Shown here piece after piece: positions 11,864 through 24,461 of a stretch of 64,000 nucleotides of DNA (position 1 is the first letter of the stretch; each line of letters starts with the position of its first letter). A program made the position numbers and the translations under genes. This DNA is from Octopus sinensis (taxonomy: Eukaryota), in the NCBI RefSeq assembly GCF_006345805.1, contig NC_043000.1:10106001-10170000 (forward strand), read 5' to 3'. A model generated the notes under the pieces. The model saw nothing but the letters and a program-made list of their open reading frames with translations. It was not told where the DNA came from and did not search any database.

Positions 11864-12620
11864 CTGATGCAGACCAGGCAGAGGTTCTCATGGATTCTCT
11901 GATGCAGTACTAGACATTGGCTCTCATAGATACCCTGATGCAGTACCAGGTAGTGGCTCTCATAGATGCCTTAATGCGGTACGCAGCTGTGGCTCTCATA
12001 TATGCTCTGATGCAGTACCAGGCATTGGCTCTCACGGATGCCTTGGTGCAATACCAGGCAGTGACTACCAGGCACTGGGTATCATGCCTTTTGATCTTAA
12101 CTGATTGAAAGTGCTATCATGTACATGTTTGTCTTATTGTAAAAGATGGGCTACAGCAAATATTTTGCTCAATGCCACAAATTTGCCTGTCAGTTGATTG
12201 AACTTAATCAGATGTCCCTTAGTGGCTGATGATGTGTACATCTCTGATCACAGGCAGAAGCAGTGGGGGAATATCATAGCCATGTGTCTCTGGAGTTTAA
12301 ATAATTCACCTCTGGAATCATGGGGTGTTCCATTCATCCTTAAAAAAATCTTATTCAGTGACCTTTTGAGTTGGATGGGATACTCGACCAGAAGAAATTT
12401 CTTACAGGGCCCCACCTATAAGGTCATGCGGTGTTTATCTTGATATGAGATCCTATGTGGCGCACATATCTTTGTGATACATATGCCTGGTGTACCCTTA
12501 TCAGAAAGGTTGTCATGACGGGTATATTGGGCTTCGTATATTTGTACCTCAGTGTCACTTTGATGGCAGGCGCTACTCTCTCACTCAACAACAACAACAA
12601 CAGCAACAACAATAATAATA
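11864..12620 (+). mobile_element. (AAT/AAC)-tailed retroelement 3' region, beginning with a 36-bp minisatellite
   Basis: About six copies of ctgatgcagtaccaggcagtggctctcatagatgcc at 11864-12070; 12380-12590 recurs inverted at 62640-62855; ends ctctctcactc(aac/aat)n. Confidence 0.6.
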
Positions 12621-13170
12621 ATAGTAGTGCATGTTGTTATAGTAGTAGTATCAGCAGCAATGGTATTAGTAGAATACTTGAGAAAAGTACAGAAGATACT
12701 TCTCTCAATAATTTAGCTAATTGTGACTAATTAATAAATCAGCATCATTAACTTCATTAATCACGATGGCAGTGTTATCACACGGAACATCTCTTCCAGG
12801 CCAAGACGTTTAACCCAACTTGTCTAAAACTTAGTGGCTCCAAGAGAAATTATTCATAATTAGTTTTGAGAAAATATATTGTTGTTGTTGTTGTCAAACA
12901 GATAACGTTATAAAAGTTGCACAATTTTGGTTCTTGATACAGAACGTTAGTATGTGGTTGATTCTCATGTAAACAGTCTGATGAAGGGAGAACACGGGCT
13001 CAGGGGATTAACAAGCTCGGTTTACAATCGTGTCGTTTCGAGTTTAGTCCTACTGCGTGGCCCCTTGGGCAACTATTTTCTACTACAATTCTAGACACAC
13101 CAATGCCTCTTTAGTGAATTTAGAAACCGGGAACTGTATTGAAATTTATATTTCAATACACAAACACACA

Positions 13171-14224
13171 CAGGTGGGCACCGTTAATTATTAATCCGTT
13201 AACCAAAAGGTTAACTTCGTTAATTGTTAATCCGTTAATTCTTTGAAAAGGTAACGGAAGTTAAGTTTTATCCGTTAACGTTAACTTTTATTGAAAAAGG
13301 CATAACTACAGTTCAATACGCCATCGACTTTGTTGCTTTATAACTTCCAGAAAATGGATACTTTTTAACGAAACTTTCACCGAATAATCGCTTATATCCT
13401 TTATACTGAGTATATGTAATGATTTGTTGGAAAAAAATTCCGAGGAGTTGGGGAGAGGAGTTTCGGAAAATTCACAGGACCCGACATTTCACCCCGTCAT
13501 AACTTTCTGAAAAATAGGTATTTTTAAAGAAATTTTATACAAATACCTTTCGAACGGTGTAGATTACGATTACAAGGGATTTTGTAGGCAAAACATTTGG
13601 AAGGGGGCGGCGGGGTGTTTCTGGAAAACGGAGTTTCGGATCAGACAGCCCACATATGTTGGAATTTCTCCACTTTGACGGGGATTTTTTTCAATATTTT
13701 TCTCCTCATAAACACATTTTATGGAATGGTGATGTCTAAGGAACACACCTGTAGTCCCAACCGAGTGAGGCCGTATTATGTCTGTGTGTAAGAACCCCCC
13801 CCACCTAAAAACATCTTTAATGTTCATATTAATCTGTCAAATGTAATGCTTATTTGTTCACGTTATTTTGAATTATTCAGGTTCAAGAGGGGTGTCCACA
13901 ATATTTGCTTGAAACTTTTTTTTACATATATATTTGAAATTTTGTCAGTAGGTGCTTTATATACCACTAGTTTATTGTTATGCAACTTTAGATGATTTTG
14001 CAGAGTAAATTTGCCTTGTATGGTCAAGTAAATTTAATTAACAAGTGTAAAAGCAATAACTTTATGGATAAACACTAAAACTGAAATTCTTAATGCATCT
14101 TACCTGTTTGAGTTGTTACTAGAATTATCCCAGATGGCAACCGCCAAAAATTTTGTTACTTTTCAAGAAAATGTTAACTTCGTTAATTAACCATTAACGG
14201 ATTAACTGACTTATGCCCAGCTTT
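13171..14224. mobile_element. Probable DNA-transposon remnant with subterminal ttaa-rich inverted repeats
   Basis: tgggca..ttaatccgttaa..ttaacttcgttaa at the left end; inverted ttaacggattaactg..tgcccag at the right end. Confidence 0.4.
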
Positions 14225-14229
14225 GCATG

Positions 14230-14264
<35 letters not shown>

Positions 14265-14280
14265 TATGTATATATAATAA

Positions 14281-14585
14281 TAAATATTAGGGAATAAATC
14301 CAAAATTACAGGGAAAAAATCAGATTTAGGATTAAATCCAATTTTATAGTAAAAATTATATAATATTAATTCGTGACAAAACCACTATTTTGCAAATCAA
14401 ACAAGGAAAAACTTAATCAATACATAAAAATTTTTAATATAAAGTAAATAAATCGCCACTACAATTGTTTCATGTCTTCAAATGACATTCGTCAGGTGGA
14501 TTTCCGATCTTCTATTTTTTATGTATTGATTAAGTTTTTCCTTGTTTGATTTGCAAAATAGTGGTTTTGTCTCGAATTAATATTA
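14281..14585 (-). mobile_element. Penelope-like terminal repeat, family A, with inverted truncated copy, in (TA)n
   Basis: Same unit at 32983 and 56741; 14520-14585 is an inverted copy of 14360-14425; contains a hammerhead fold. Confidence 0.75.
14456..14499 (-). ncRNA. Minimal type-I hammerhead ribozyme (predicted)
   Basis: CCAC-CUGACGA-AUGUC-auuugaa-GACAU-GAAAC-aauu-GUA-GUGG: core boxes present, 4-bp stem I, 5-bp stem II, short stem III with palindromic loop. Confidence 0.8.
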
Positions 14586-14591
14586 TATATG

Positions 14592-14622
<31 letters not shown>

Positions 14623-14707
14623 CTATGTAATGTATGTATGTATGTATATATCGGTGCCCCAACATAGCCACAGTCTAATGACTGAAATAAATAAAAGAGA
14701 GCAAAAG

Positions 14708-14757
<50 letters not shown>

Positions 14758-15249
14758 TGTGTGTACGTGTGTGTGTGTTGCTATTGTGCTAGTGTTTGTC
14801 CCCACCTCGCCGTTTAACAATCGATATGAATATATATCAGATTTAAAAATAAGTTCTGGGGTCAATCTCGAATCTAGTTTTTTTTCATTCTCAAAATATG
14901 TATTTGTTTTTAAAGGAAGTAAAATTCCGAAAATCGGCTATAATAATGTAGGTTTCCAGTCTCATTGCTATGAAGGTATGATGTTGGGGAGATAAAAATT
15001 GGAGGGAAAAGTTACAGACGTTTAAAAATCGGAAAAGCTGTGTATTTTTAGCCAGTAGCGAGACAGAAATTTTCTGCGTTTAGCGGAGCGATGTCAACTT
15101 TAAGGTTGTACCCCGTGAAATTTATAGTTTAGCGTCTGTGACATGACCTGTTCATTGTAGGTTTCTAAATAAACAGAAATACCTAATAAAATCAACATGT
15201 ATCATCTTACTGTTTGTTTTGTCTCTTCATTGATAGTATGTTTTTATTA

Positions 15250-15406
15250 TTTTAAAAAATTTGTTATATTAATACATCTCTCTGTCTATGTTTACTTTAT
15301 GCGTATTTCAGTATTGTGTATACCTGTCATATATTTGTGTACATCATTAATAAGTGCATGTGGATGTATCTATTCATATATAAGTTTAGGTGTACATTTA
15401 TGCATT

Positions 15407-15444
<38 letters not shown>

Positions 15445-15705
15445 TGTCTGTCTCCAAAACTCCAAACAGTTTTAAAAATTTGTTATATTAATATATTTCT
15501 CTGCCTGTGTTTACTTTATGCATATTTCAGTATTATGTATACCTGTCATGTATGTATGTACATCATTAATATATAAGCGCATGTGGATGTATGTATTCAT
15601 ATATAAGTTTATATGTACATTTGTGCATTCATATGTGTGTGTATATATATATATGTGTGTGTGTGTATGTGTGTGAAAGGGGTGTCTGTCTCCAAAACTC
15701 CAAAT
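15250..15705 (+). repeat. Diverged tandem duplication, two units of about 225 bp each ending (TG)n..tctgtctccaaaactccaaa
   Basis: Direct comparison of 15250-15470 with 15472-15705. Confidence 0.85.
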
Positions 15706-15954
15706 TTGAGAAACGTTTTTATGCTTGGATTTGCAAACTACGATAAGAATAACATATATGAAATGAACAATATGTAATATACCAACACAGAAAAAGTTAA
15801 GCAAAGCACGCGGGTGAAGAATCAAGTGTGTAAAATCAACACAGAACAACGAGCGTCACAGGCAGCAGTGAAGTGAACCACGAAGTCGCAGACAACAATG
15901 AAATGAACCACAACACAGCGTGAGGTTGCCATGATAACAAGCTTCTTATTTTTT

Positions 15955-16371
15955 TATTGTCCGTAAGGGGCTACACACAGAGGGGACAAACAAGGACAGA
16001 CAAACGGATTAAGTCGATTACATCGACCCAGTGCGTAACTGGTACTTATATAATCGATCCCGAAAGGATGAAAGGCAAAGTCGACCTCGGCGGAATTTGA
16101 ACACAGAACTTAGCGGCAGACGAAATACCTATCTCTTTAGTACCCACAAGGGTCTAAACACAGAGAGGACGAACAAGGACTGACAAACGGATTAAGTCGA
16201 TTATATCGACCCCAGTGCGGAACTGGTACTTATTTAATCGACCCCGAAAGAATAAAAGACAAAGTCGACCTCGGCGGAATTTGAACTCAGATCGTAGCGG
16301 CAGACGAAATACGGCTACGCATTTCGCCCAGCGTGCTAACGTTTCTGCCAGCTCGCCGTCTTCATGATAAC
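15955..16371 (-). mobile_element. SINE family M dimer (head plus two bodies)
   Basis: Junction aaagagata/ggtatttcgtc at 16130/16129. Confidence 0.9.
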
Positions 16372-17186
16372 ATGCTTCTAATGCCACGCTGTCTGTGGAT
16401 TGGCTAAAATTGCCCAAATTTCCCAACTTTAATTTTGAATAAGGAACAGATTCTTTAATTTACGAGATAAAGTAATTTGTTGATCGTAATACAAATTCAG
16501 AGTTGCATCGATGCACTGAAATTGAAAGCAATCTGAACAAAATTAAAGGGGGCTCATTTTGCGAATAACAAACACTGGATCCCCAATCTCTTCGACTAAA
16601 ATCCCTTTAAGGCGGTGTCTCAGCATGACCGCAATCCAATTGACTGAAAAAAGTAAAAGGTAAGAGAAGGTAGTTCAACGACTGCAGGTATAAAAGAATG
16701 TATAGATGAGTGAGAGAGAAAGAGAGAGAAAGAGAGCGAGAGAGAGAGGAAGGAAAGAGGTTCAAGGAAAGAGTAAGAGGAAGAAGAGGCATCAAACTGT
16801 CGAATAGCATGTCGAACTGTTAATAGCATGTCAGTGGCCAGATGTGTAAGTATGTGTGTGTGCGAGTGCCTGTATGTGTATTTGTATATGTGCCTGCATG
16901 TGCATAGAGATAGACATTAAAACAAAATACTAAGAGCAATAGCAGACTGGGAGGCGCTAAAAGCTTTAGGAGTTCTCTAAGTTTATAAACGTAACATGTA
17001 CATATAATTTGTTTATTTATTTATTTACTTATTTATTTATTTATTTGTTTGTCTATCTTCTATTCGAATTTATGAACAACAGCGACGATACACGCACAGC
17101 TTTTATAACGGACCACTTACTGGTTTCTGGCATTTCTAATTGGGGAGTGTTTTAATTCGGGAAACATCGTTCGATATACGGTGAAA

Positions 17187-17417
17187 GGCGGCGAGCTGGC
17201 AGAAACGTTAGCACGTCGGGGAGAAATGCTTAGCGGTATTTCATCTGTCGTTACGTTCTGAGTTCAAATTCCGCCGAGGTCGACTTTGCCTTTCATCCTT
17301 TCGGGATCGATAAATAAAGTACCAGTTACGCACTGGGGTCAATGTAATCGACTTAATCCGTTTGCCTGTCCTTGTTTGTCCCCGCTATGTTTAGCCCCTT
17401 GTGGGCAGTAAAGAAAT
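17187..17417 (+). mobile_element. SINE family M long-tail monomer with 13-bp TSD
   Basis: atatacggtgaaa at 17174-17186 and 17418-17430. Confidence 0.92.
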
Positions 17418-17494
17418 ATATACGGTGAAACATATATACACATACACACACGCACACACGCATATGTATCGTTTATCTTTTATTTGTTTCAGTC

Positions 17495-17700
17495 ATTGGA
17501 AAAAATAGAGTACAACACATACAACACAAGGAAATGCGGAGTAGATGAAACAGAGGCGGCTGAAGAAGGGGAATGTTCCTTGTTTTGTATGTCCTGTACT
17601 CTATTTTTTTGTTGTTTAAGAAAAATGTCCATTTCCTTGGTTTTGTGTTTATGTTTTCGTTTCTCATTGTGTTCGAAGTTTTTTTGGTGTCCTGTACCCA
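17495..17700. mobile_element. Penelope-like terminal remnant with internal inversion and truncated hammerhead core
   Basis: aaaaaatagagtacaacacatacaacacaaggaa is inverted at about 17577-17610; CTGAAGA-aggggaatgttcctt is cut off at the inversion junction. Confidence 0.4.
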
Positions 17701-17832
17701 TATATGCATGTATATATACATGTAGCGGTAGGTACGTACATATATGTATGTATATATGCATATGTTTTATTTATTTATTAACTTATTATATGACGGAACG
17801 CATGCATCCATCTCTAAGTAAGATTGTTCTTA

Positions 17833-17867
<35 letters not shown>

Positions 17868-18873
17868 ATATATATATAAAGATAAATTAAATAGAGATAC
17901 AATTGATATTCCAATAATTTATTTATATTATAATATAACATAATATAAGATACCATAGACAATTATTAAAACATCAAAAGGCCAACAATTTATTTCGACT
18001 TATATAAAGTTTTGATCTTTAAGGAAAAGGTTCAAGTCCTTTTTTTTGTAAAGAGTTTTAAGTTAAGTTAAACTGTAAGTTTTCAAGACTTGTAATAAAT
18101 AATGTTGTTTAAATTCTGTATGATGTGGTCGAAATTTTAGTCGGTAGATTGTAAATCTATTTATAAGTGTTTTACTTTCTCGCAGTTTGATATATAAACA
18201 ATTCCCTTACATATAAATCTCATCAGAGCCAGAGTTTAAAGATATGCTTCCACACAGTTTACGTCTATCAAATCCATTCACGAGGCATCGATCGGCCCGT
18301 GGCTATAGTAGAATATACTTGTCAACCATAATTATCACAACGAAAAAGAATTATTCGCTAACACATTAATAGCAAGTCAAAATCGAAACTTTAGTAGGAA
18401 TAAGCTGTTCTTCAGAAACATTAGACATATTACATGTTCAAGCACTGTCCATTATGGCATTCCATTTTCCTTCTGATAGACTTGGGAAATCGAAAACTAC
18501 TTTATTGATTACAAATGGAAATACTCAAATATCCTTCATATTTACTGGAATTACCAAAGTTTCTATTTGGAGAGAAAACTTTATCGTATCATAGACAGTG
18601 TGTGATTTAAACGTTGCTTCAGTTAGAATTTCCATCTGCAGGCGAAATGATAAATTTCTTATAGATTACGGAAACGAAGAGGAAACATTGACAAGATATC
18701 TAGCTGTTGACATTTCTCTGGTGAAATATTACCCAAATTTTATCCCCGCAGCAGAATTTCATTGACACTTGGGCTTTATGTATTTTTATCTCCATATTTC
18801 AGATATGAATGATTATGCTAGATTGCCAACAGATACACATGCGTTCTTTTTCTTTGAATAATAACAACACACG

Positions 18874-18874
<1 letters not shown>

Positions 18875-18940
<66 letters not shown>

Positions 18941-19020
18941 TAATAAATAACAACAATAATAATATTAATAATGACAATAATGATAATAACAACAATAATA
19001 TTAATAATGACAATAATAAC

Positions 19021-19071
<51 letters not shown>

Positions 19072-19155
19072 GCACTAATAAATAACAACAATAATAATAT
19101 TAATAATGACAATAATGATAATAACAACAATAATATTAATAATGACAATAATAAC

Positions 19156-19192
<37 letters not shown>
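18875..19192. repeat. (AAT)n microsatellite with a higher-order internal duplication
   Basis: An approximately 85-bp interrupted block occurs at about 18940 and again at about 19078. Confidence 0.9.
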
Positions 19193-19230
19193 GTAAACAA
19201 ATAAAAAAATTATTGGAACATGTAGATACA

Positions 19231-19581
19231 ATGAGGGTACGTAACTATCTACGTCTGACACATAAGCAATGATGGCTATTCTCCTTGTGTTCAAACACTC
19301 AGGATATTTATCTTAGTTCTGCAAGTAACTATGATATTTCACTAAAGTAATCAAACAGAGACGTAGGCACAGCTGTGTGGTTAAGAAGCTTGCTTTGCAA
19401 TCACGTGAGTTCGGGTTCAGTCCCACTGCGCAGCACCTTGGCCGTGTATCTTCCTCTATAACTGCAAGCTAACCAATGCCTTGTGAGTTAATTTGATAGA
19501 CGGAAACTATGTGAAAGAAACTATAAGGCGGCGAACTGGCAGAATCGTTAGCACGTCGGGCGAAATGCCTAGCGGTTTTTC
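19231..19581 (+). repeat. 351-bp inverted duplication, copy 1 (partner 24407-24757)
   Basis: Reverse complement of 24407-24757 with only two mismatches seen; includes unique DNA, a family C SINE head and a truncated family M head. Confidence 0.92.
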
Positions 19582-19703
19582 ATAAATTCATAGATTTTCA
19601 GCTAATGTTCATCTTCGTGCTTCAATAAACGTACATACATATATATACGTAGATACATGCATACATACATACTTACGTACGTACGTTCATACATACATAC
19701 ATA

Positions 19704-20180
19704 TTGGGTTGTCCGGAAAGTTCGTGCCGATTTATAGTAGCTTACCTTTCGACTTATTTTAGAAGATGGTTGAGTCCATGAAATAGGATTTGGCTACACC
19801 TCCATTTAGAGCATAGTTTAAGCTATCTTTTCGTGGAAGAAGTTTTATGTTCCTATAACCTGTGTTAATTCTGTAACCCTTTAAATTGGAAGATAAGAAA
19901 GTTCATTTTTGGCACTTGATGCTTTGGGAACCAGACAAAAATTGCTGCAGCTTGGCTGGGATGTGTTACCCCACCCTCCATATTCACCAGATATTGCTCC
20001 TTTGGATTTCCACTTATTCAGGTCTCTGCAGAATAGTCTTAATGGTAAAAATTTCAATTCCTTGGATGATGTAAAAAGATACCTTGATGAATTCTTTGCC
20101 ATGAAACCACCCCAATTCTAGGAAGAGGGTATTTTCAAGTTAAAGGAAAGATGGAAATGCATTGTGCAACAAAATGGTTC
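19704..20180 (+). mobile_element. Internally deleted mariner (cecropia/Hsmar1-like) element
   Basis: TA-ttgggttgtccggaaagt TIR; MEDKKVHF..HLML fused to TRQKLLQLGWDVLPHPPYSPDIAP.DFHLFRSLQNSL. Confidence 0.9.
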
Positions 20181-20294
20181 CGGATTTAGTCCCACCGCGT
20201 GACACCTTGGGTAAGTGTCTTCTACTATAGCCTCGGGCCGATCAAGGCCTTGTGAGTGAATTTGGTAGACGGAAACTAAAAGAAGCCCCTCGTA

Positions 20295-20351
<57 letters not shown>

Positions 20352-20578
20352 AATGCATGTGTGTGTGTATATGTTTGTGTGTCTGTGTTTGTCCCCACAA
20401 ACATTACTTGACAACCGATGGCGGTGTGTTTACGTCCCCGTAACTTAGCGGTTCGGCAAAATAGACCTATAGAATAAGTACTAGACTTACTAAGAATAAG
20501 TCCTGGGGTCGACTTGCTCGACTAAAAGCAGTGCTCCAGCATGGCCGCAGTCAAATGACTGAAACAAGTAAAAGAGTA
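20180..20578 (+). mobile_element. tRNA-derived SINE family C (CORE-like), 5'-truncated
   Basis: gacaccttgggtaagtgtcttctactatagcctcgggccg core-like segment, internal (TA)n(TG)n, 3' stem-loop cagtcaaatgactg and gtaaaaga tail. Confidence 0.88.
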
Positions 20579-21064
20579 ACGACTATAGTATCCCACTAGT
20601 TCCACTACTATCTTTAGAAAGGATTTTCCTTCATATTTTCATACAACCCTACTCCTCGGAATCGGAGTGTATCCACACCTTTAACAAAGAATACTGATGG
20701 AATGTTCGCATACAACAGCATTCTGGTACAAGCAACAAATTTGATATTGTATGGAAGAGGGAACAAAAGTTATCTGATTGTGGAGGCTATCAGCTCAGTG
20801 AATATGAACGTCTCGTCTAAAGTTTTGAAAAAAAGAACATCTGTGGTGAACTAACGTGAACTTACAACTCGAGTATCTTGACTCTATATCCCCGTTTGCA
20901 TCTTTTATCAGAGGTGCATTGGGATTTGTCATAACAGATTTGCATAAAAGCCTCTAAATGCTGGATTTTTCCAAGAAAGACTAAAACAGAAAAAAATCTC
21001 ATCTGTCAAATTCAATTGATTGGTGGTGCAGCGAACATTTGCAAAACGTTCAAAAGATTCATTA

Positions 21065-21530
21065 GTCTTGTATTCTTTTACTTGTTTCAGTCATTTGACT
21101 GCGGCCATGCTGGAGCACCACCTTTTTAGTCGAGCAAATCGACCCCAGGACTTATTCTTTGCAAGCCTAGTACTTATTCTATCGGTTCTTTTTGCTGAAC
21201 CGCTAAGTTACGGGGATATAAACACACCAGCATCGGTTATCAAGCGATGTTGGAGGGACAAGCATAAACGCACGCACACACACACACACACAGGCACATA
21301 CACACACACCACACACACACAGACACACACACACACACACACACACCACATACACAAACACACACACACACACATATACGACAAGCTTCTTTCATCTACA
21401 AAATTCACTAACAAGGCTTTGGTCGTCCCGAGGCTATAGTAGAAGACACTTGCCCAAGGTGCAACGCAGTGGGACTGATCCCAGAACTATGTAGTTGGTA
21501 AGCAAGCTACTTACCACACAGCCACTCAAT
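21065..21530 (-). mobile_element. SINE family C, near full length
   Basis: Reverse complement of the 39088-39575 copy. Confidence 0.88.
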
Positions 21531-24049
21531 TCTCCTAAGATTTGAACATGTACCCACAATCACATATGTGCATGCAGTATGCACACACATACATAAAATG
21601 TAATCACACAACAACAATTCTAACAAAATATAGTATGTACTCATGAAACGAACGCAAGTACATTCCCACATACACCCACAAATATGTACACATTAACTTG
21701 TACTCACATATTCACATATTCCACGAACTGTTTTATCTCAAACAAAGGACTTTCGTCAATTCGTTTATGGTTGGCTTGAATTCTGAAGACAGGAACTTAA
21801 GTATATCGCAAAATATTGGCAAAAAAAAATTGCGATGTCAAAGCGCAGACAAATCTTATAACTAAGAATGAAAACACTGACTTGGCAAAATTATGAGCCC
21901 ATTGTTTGTCTAAACATTATTTATATACTTTACAGAAGCTGTGTCAACCACTTTCTCATAAACCATTAAGCATCTACCAAAGTGGTGATCACTGAGTAGG
22001 CGAATAAAAAGAAAGTAGTTTGGGGATGTGCCAAATAACTTTTGATAAATAACCTTTGCTGTCAGAGACCTTTTACCCCAATAAATCACCACAGATACAA
22101 TAATCGGCATAAATGCAATTAACTTTTTAATATGAATAACGTAAAGGTCAGCTAGTCTTTCAGGATAAAAAGGCTTCTCAGTTCTAATTCTATAACTAAA
22201 GATATCCAACCAATCTTACAACTTCAGAAACTTTTCATTCTCCCCACGTAGTTCTGGGGTCGATGTGCTCGGCTAAAGACGGTGCTCCAGCATGACCACA
22301 GTCAAATGACTGAAACAAGTAAAAGAGTAAAGCAGCGTTATAGAGAACAGCTTTAATACCTCCTGATGGTATTGAGAATAATTGTACAATGTTCATCGCA
22401 AACACATCCAAAAGTCGAAACAATCAGTATTTACAGTTATTCAAATCGTGAGGCGAAGAGAGCTCCAATTCTTTCTTCTACTTTATTTCGAAAATAAACA
22501 ACTGTAGATCTTAACGCGTCCCAAGGATTAGAAACATCATGGGAAAAGTTATTGTGTATAACATCTGAGACATTCCAAAATAGTCAGTGATATTTTTAAA
22601 CAGAGCGTCCGAGGTACTGTACATCTGAAGTCTTCACAAGCAAATCCTTTTGAACGTTTGCCACCGTCCGACAGAGTTGTCAATCTATATAGGTATCAGA
22701 GACGACACATCATAATCATTGCAGAAAATCCTCTTCCCAGACACTCGCTTGTTAAATTTGAGTATATTTTCTCTACAGTACAGTAAGGCACCACTAACAG
22801 TAGCAACCTGATTTGCATGTCTGCAACAGGAACTACAACCTAACCACCGTTCTGGATGAATGAGTATCGGCATACTAGGGGTTTCGACATTTCCCAGTTC
22901 ATTACTCCATTTCATTACATTATTGCCTGAACAAGGACAAATAAGGTGACATTCCGAGTAGTAACGAAAGAATCATTAATGGGTTAATGTATTCTGAAAC
23001 ATACCCACACACATGTATGTATGTATGTATGTATGTATGTATGTATGTATGTATGTATGTATGTGTAAATATATGTATGTATGAATCCGTAAGTACGTAT
23101 GTATGTCAACTTCTGGAGGCATACATGCATAATAACTTAGCTGCCAATCATGACTGAAGCGTCTGTCAGCATTGGTATCGGGAATAATTCATAAAGAATT
23201 CATCATTCAAATGTTTCTTCCTGTAAGTGACAAATGAAGAATAAATCAGGATTTCTTTAGAATATTAATGAAAGACAAAGGACGACATATCGTAGATTCA
23301 GTAGAAAGCGGGATAAAAATGCCGTGCGATATTTAGCTACGTCTCTGTTTCTCGAGGTTCAAATGACGCCGGGGTCGACTTTAACCATTTCCCGTATGGC
23401 ATGGGGAGGTGTGTCAAGAAAATAGAGTACAAGTCAAGTACTGGGGTCGTGTAATAGGTTATGCTCATCCGACTAAATTTTGGGCTTTGTATTTTTGTCA
23501 GAAACCAATATTGATTTCGAATTTTGGCACAAGGCAGGAGTAAATCGATTATATCGAACCCAGTGAACAACAGGTACTTATTTCGTCAGATATCAATATT
23601 TATGAGAGATTTCAGGCAGCGAGTTGGCAGAATCGTTAGCACGCCGGGAAAAATGCTTGGCGGCATTTCGTCCATCTTTACGTTGTGAGTTCAAATTGTG
23701 TCGAGGTCGACGTTGCCTTTCGTCCTTTCAAGGTCGATAAAATAAGTACCAGTTCAGCAATAGGATCGATGTAATCAACTCACTCCCTTTCTCCGAAATT
23801 GCAGTCCTTGTGCCAAAAGTTGAAACCAATATTAAAAAAAATATTTATTTCTGGAAAGATACCAAAGTGATATCTTTTTTTTCAGTCATTTGACTGATGT
23901 CATGCTGGAGCATTGCCTTGATGGGTTCTAGTCGAACAAATCGACTCCAGTGCTTACGTTTTTTTTTAATAATTTTATAATTTTTGAGTGTGAAAATCAC
24001 AGACACTAGGACACACCCATACACAACGGCCTTCCACATAGTTTCCTAT

Positions 24050-24461
24050 TTCTTTATTGCCCACAAGAGGCTAAACATAGAGGGGACAAACAAGGACAGA
24101 CAAAGGGATTAAGTCGATTACACCGACCCCAATGCGTAACTCGTACTTAATTTATAGGTCCCGAAAGGATGAAAGGAAAAGTCGACCTCGGCGGAATTTG
24201 AACTCAGAACGTAACTACAGACAAAATACCAATTTCTTTACTACCCACAAGGGGCTAAACACAGAGGGGACAAACAAAGACAGACAAACGGATTAAGTCG
24301 ATTACATCGACCCCAGTGCGTAACTGGTACTTAATTTATCGACCCCGAAAGGATGAAAGGCAAAGTCGACCTCAGCGGAATTTGAACTCCGAACTTACCG
24401 GCAGACGAAAAACCGCTAGGCATTTCGCCCGACGTGCTAACGATTCTGCCAGTTCGCCGCC
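24050..24461 (-). mobile_element. SINE family M dimer nested in a family C SINE
   Basis: Junction taaagaaatt/ggtattttgtc at 24231/24230; the 3' unit ends gggcaataaagaaata. Confidence 0.9.

Noticed and set aside
18595-18765. Tudor-like FLIDYGNEEE motif on the plus strand
   Set aside because: The upstream Tudor strands are absent, the frame is short and splice support is weak; probably chance.
21910-22209. 99-aa ORF with FSYRIRTEKPFYPERL, reminiscent of a CobW C-terminal motif
   Set aside because: Only a short motif, needing a gap; the rest is unlike CobW and there are no supporting splice signals.
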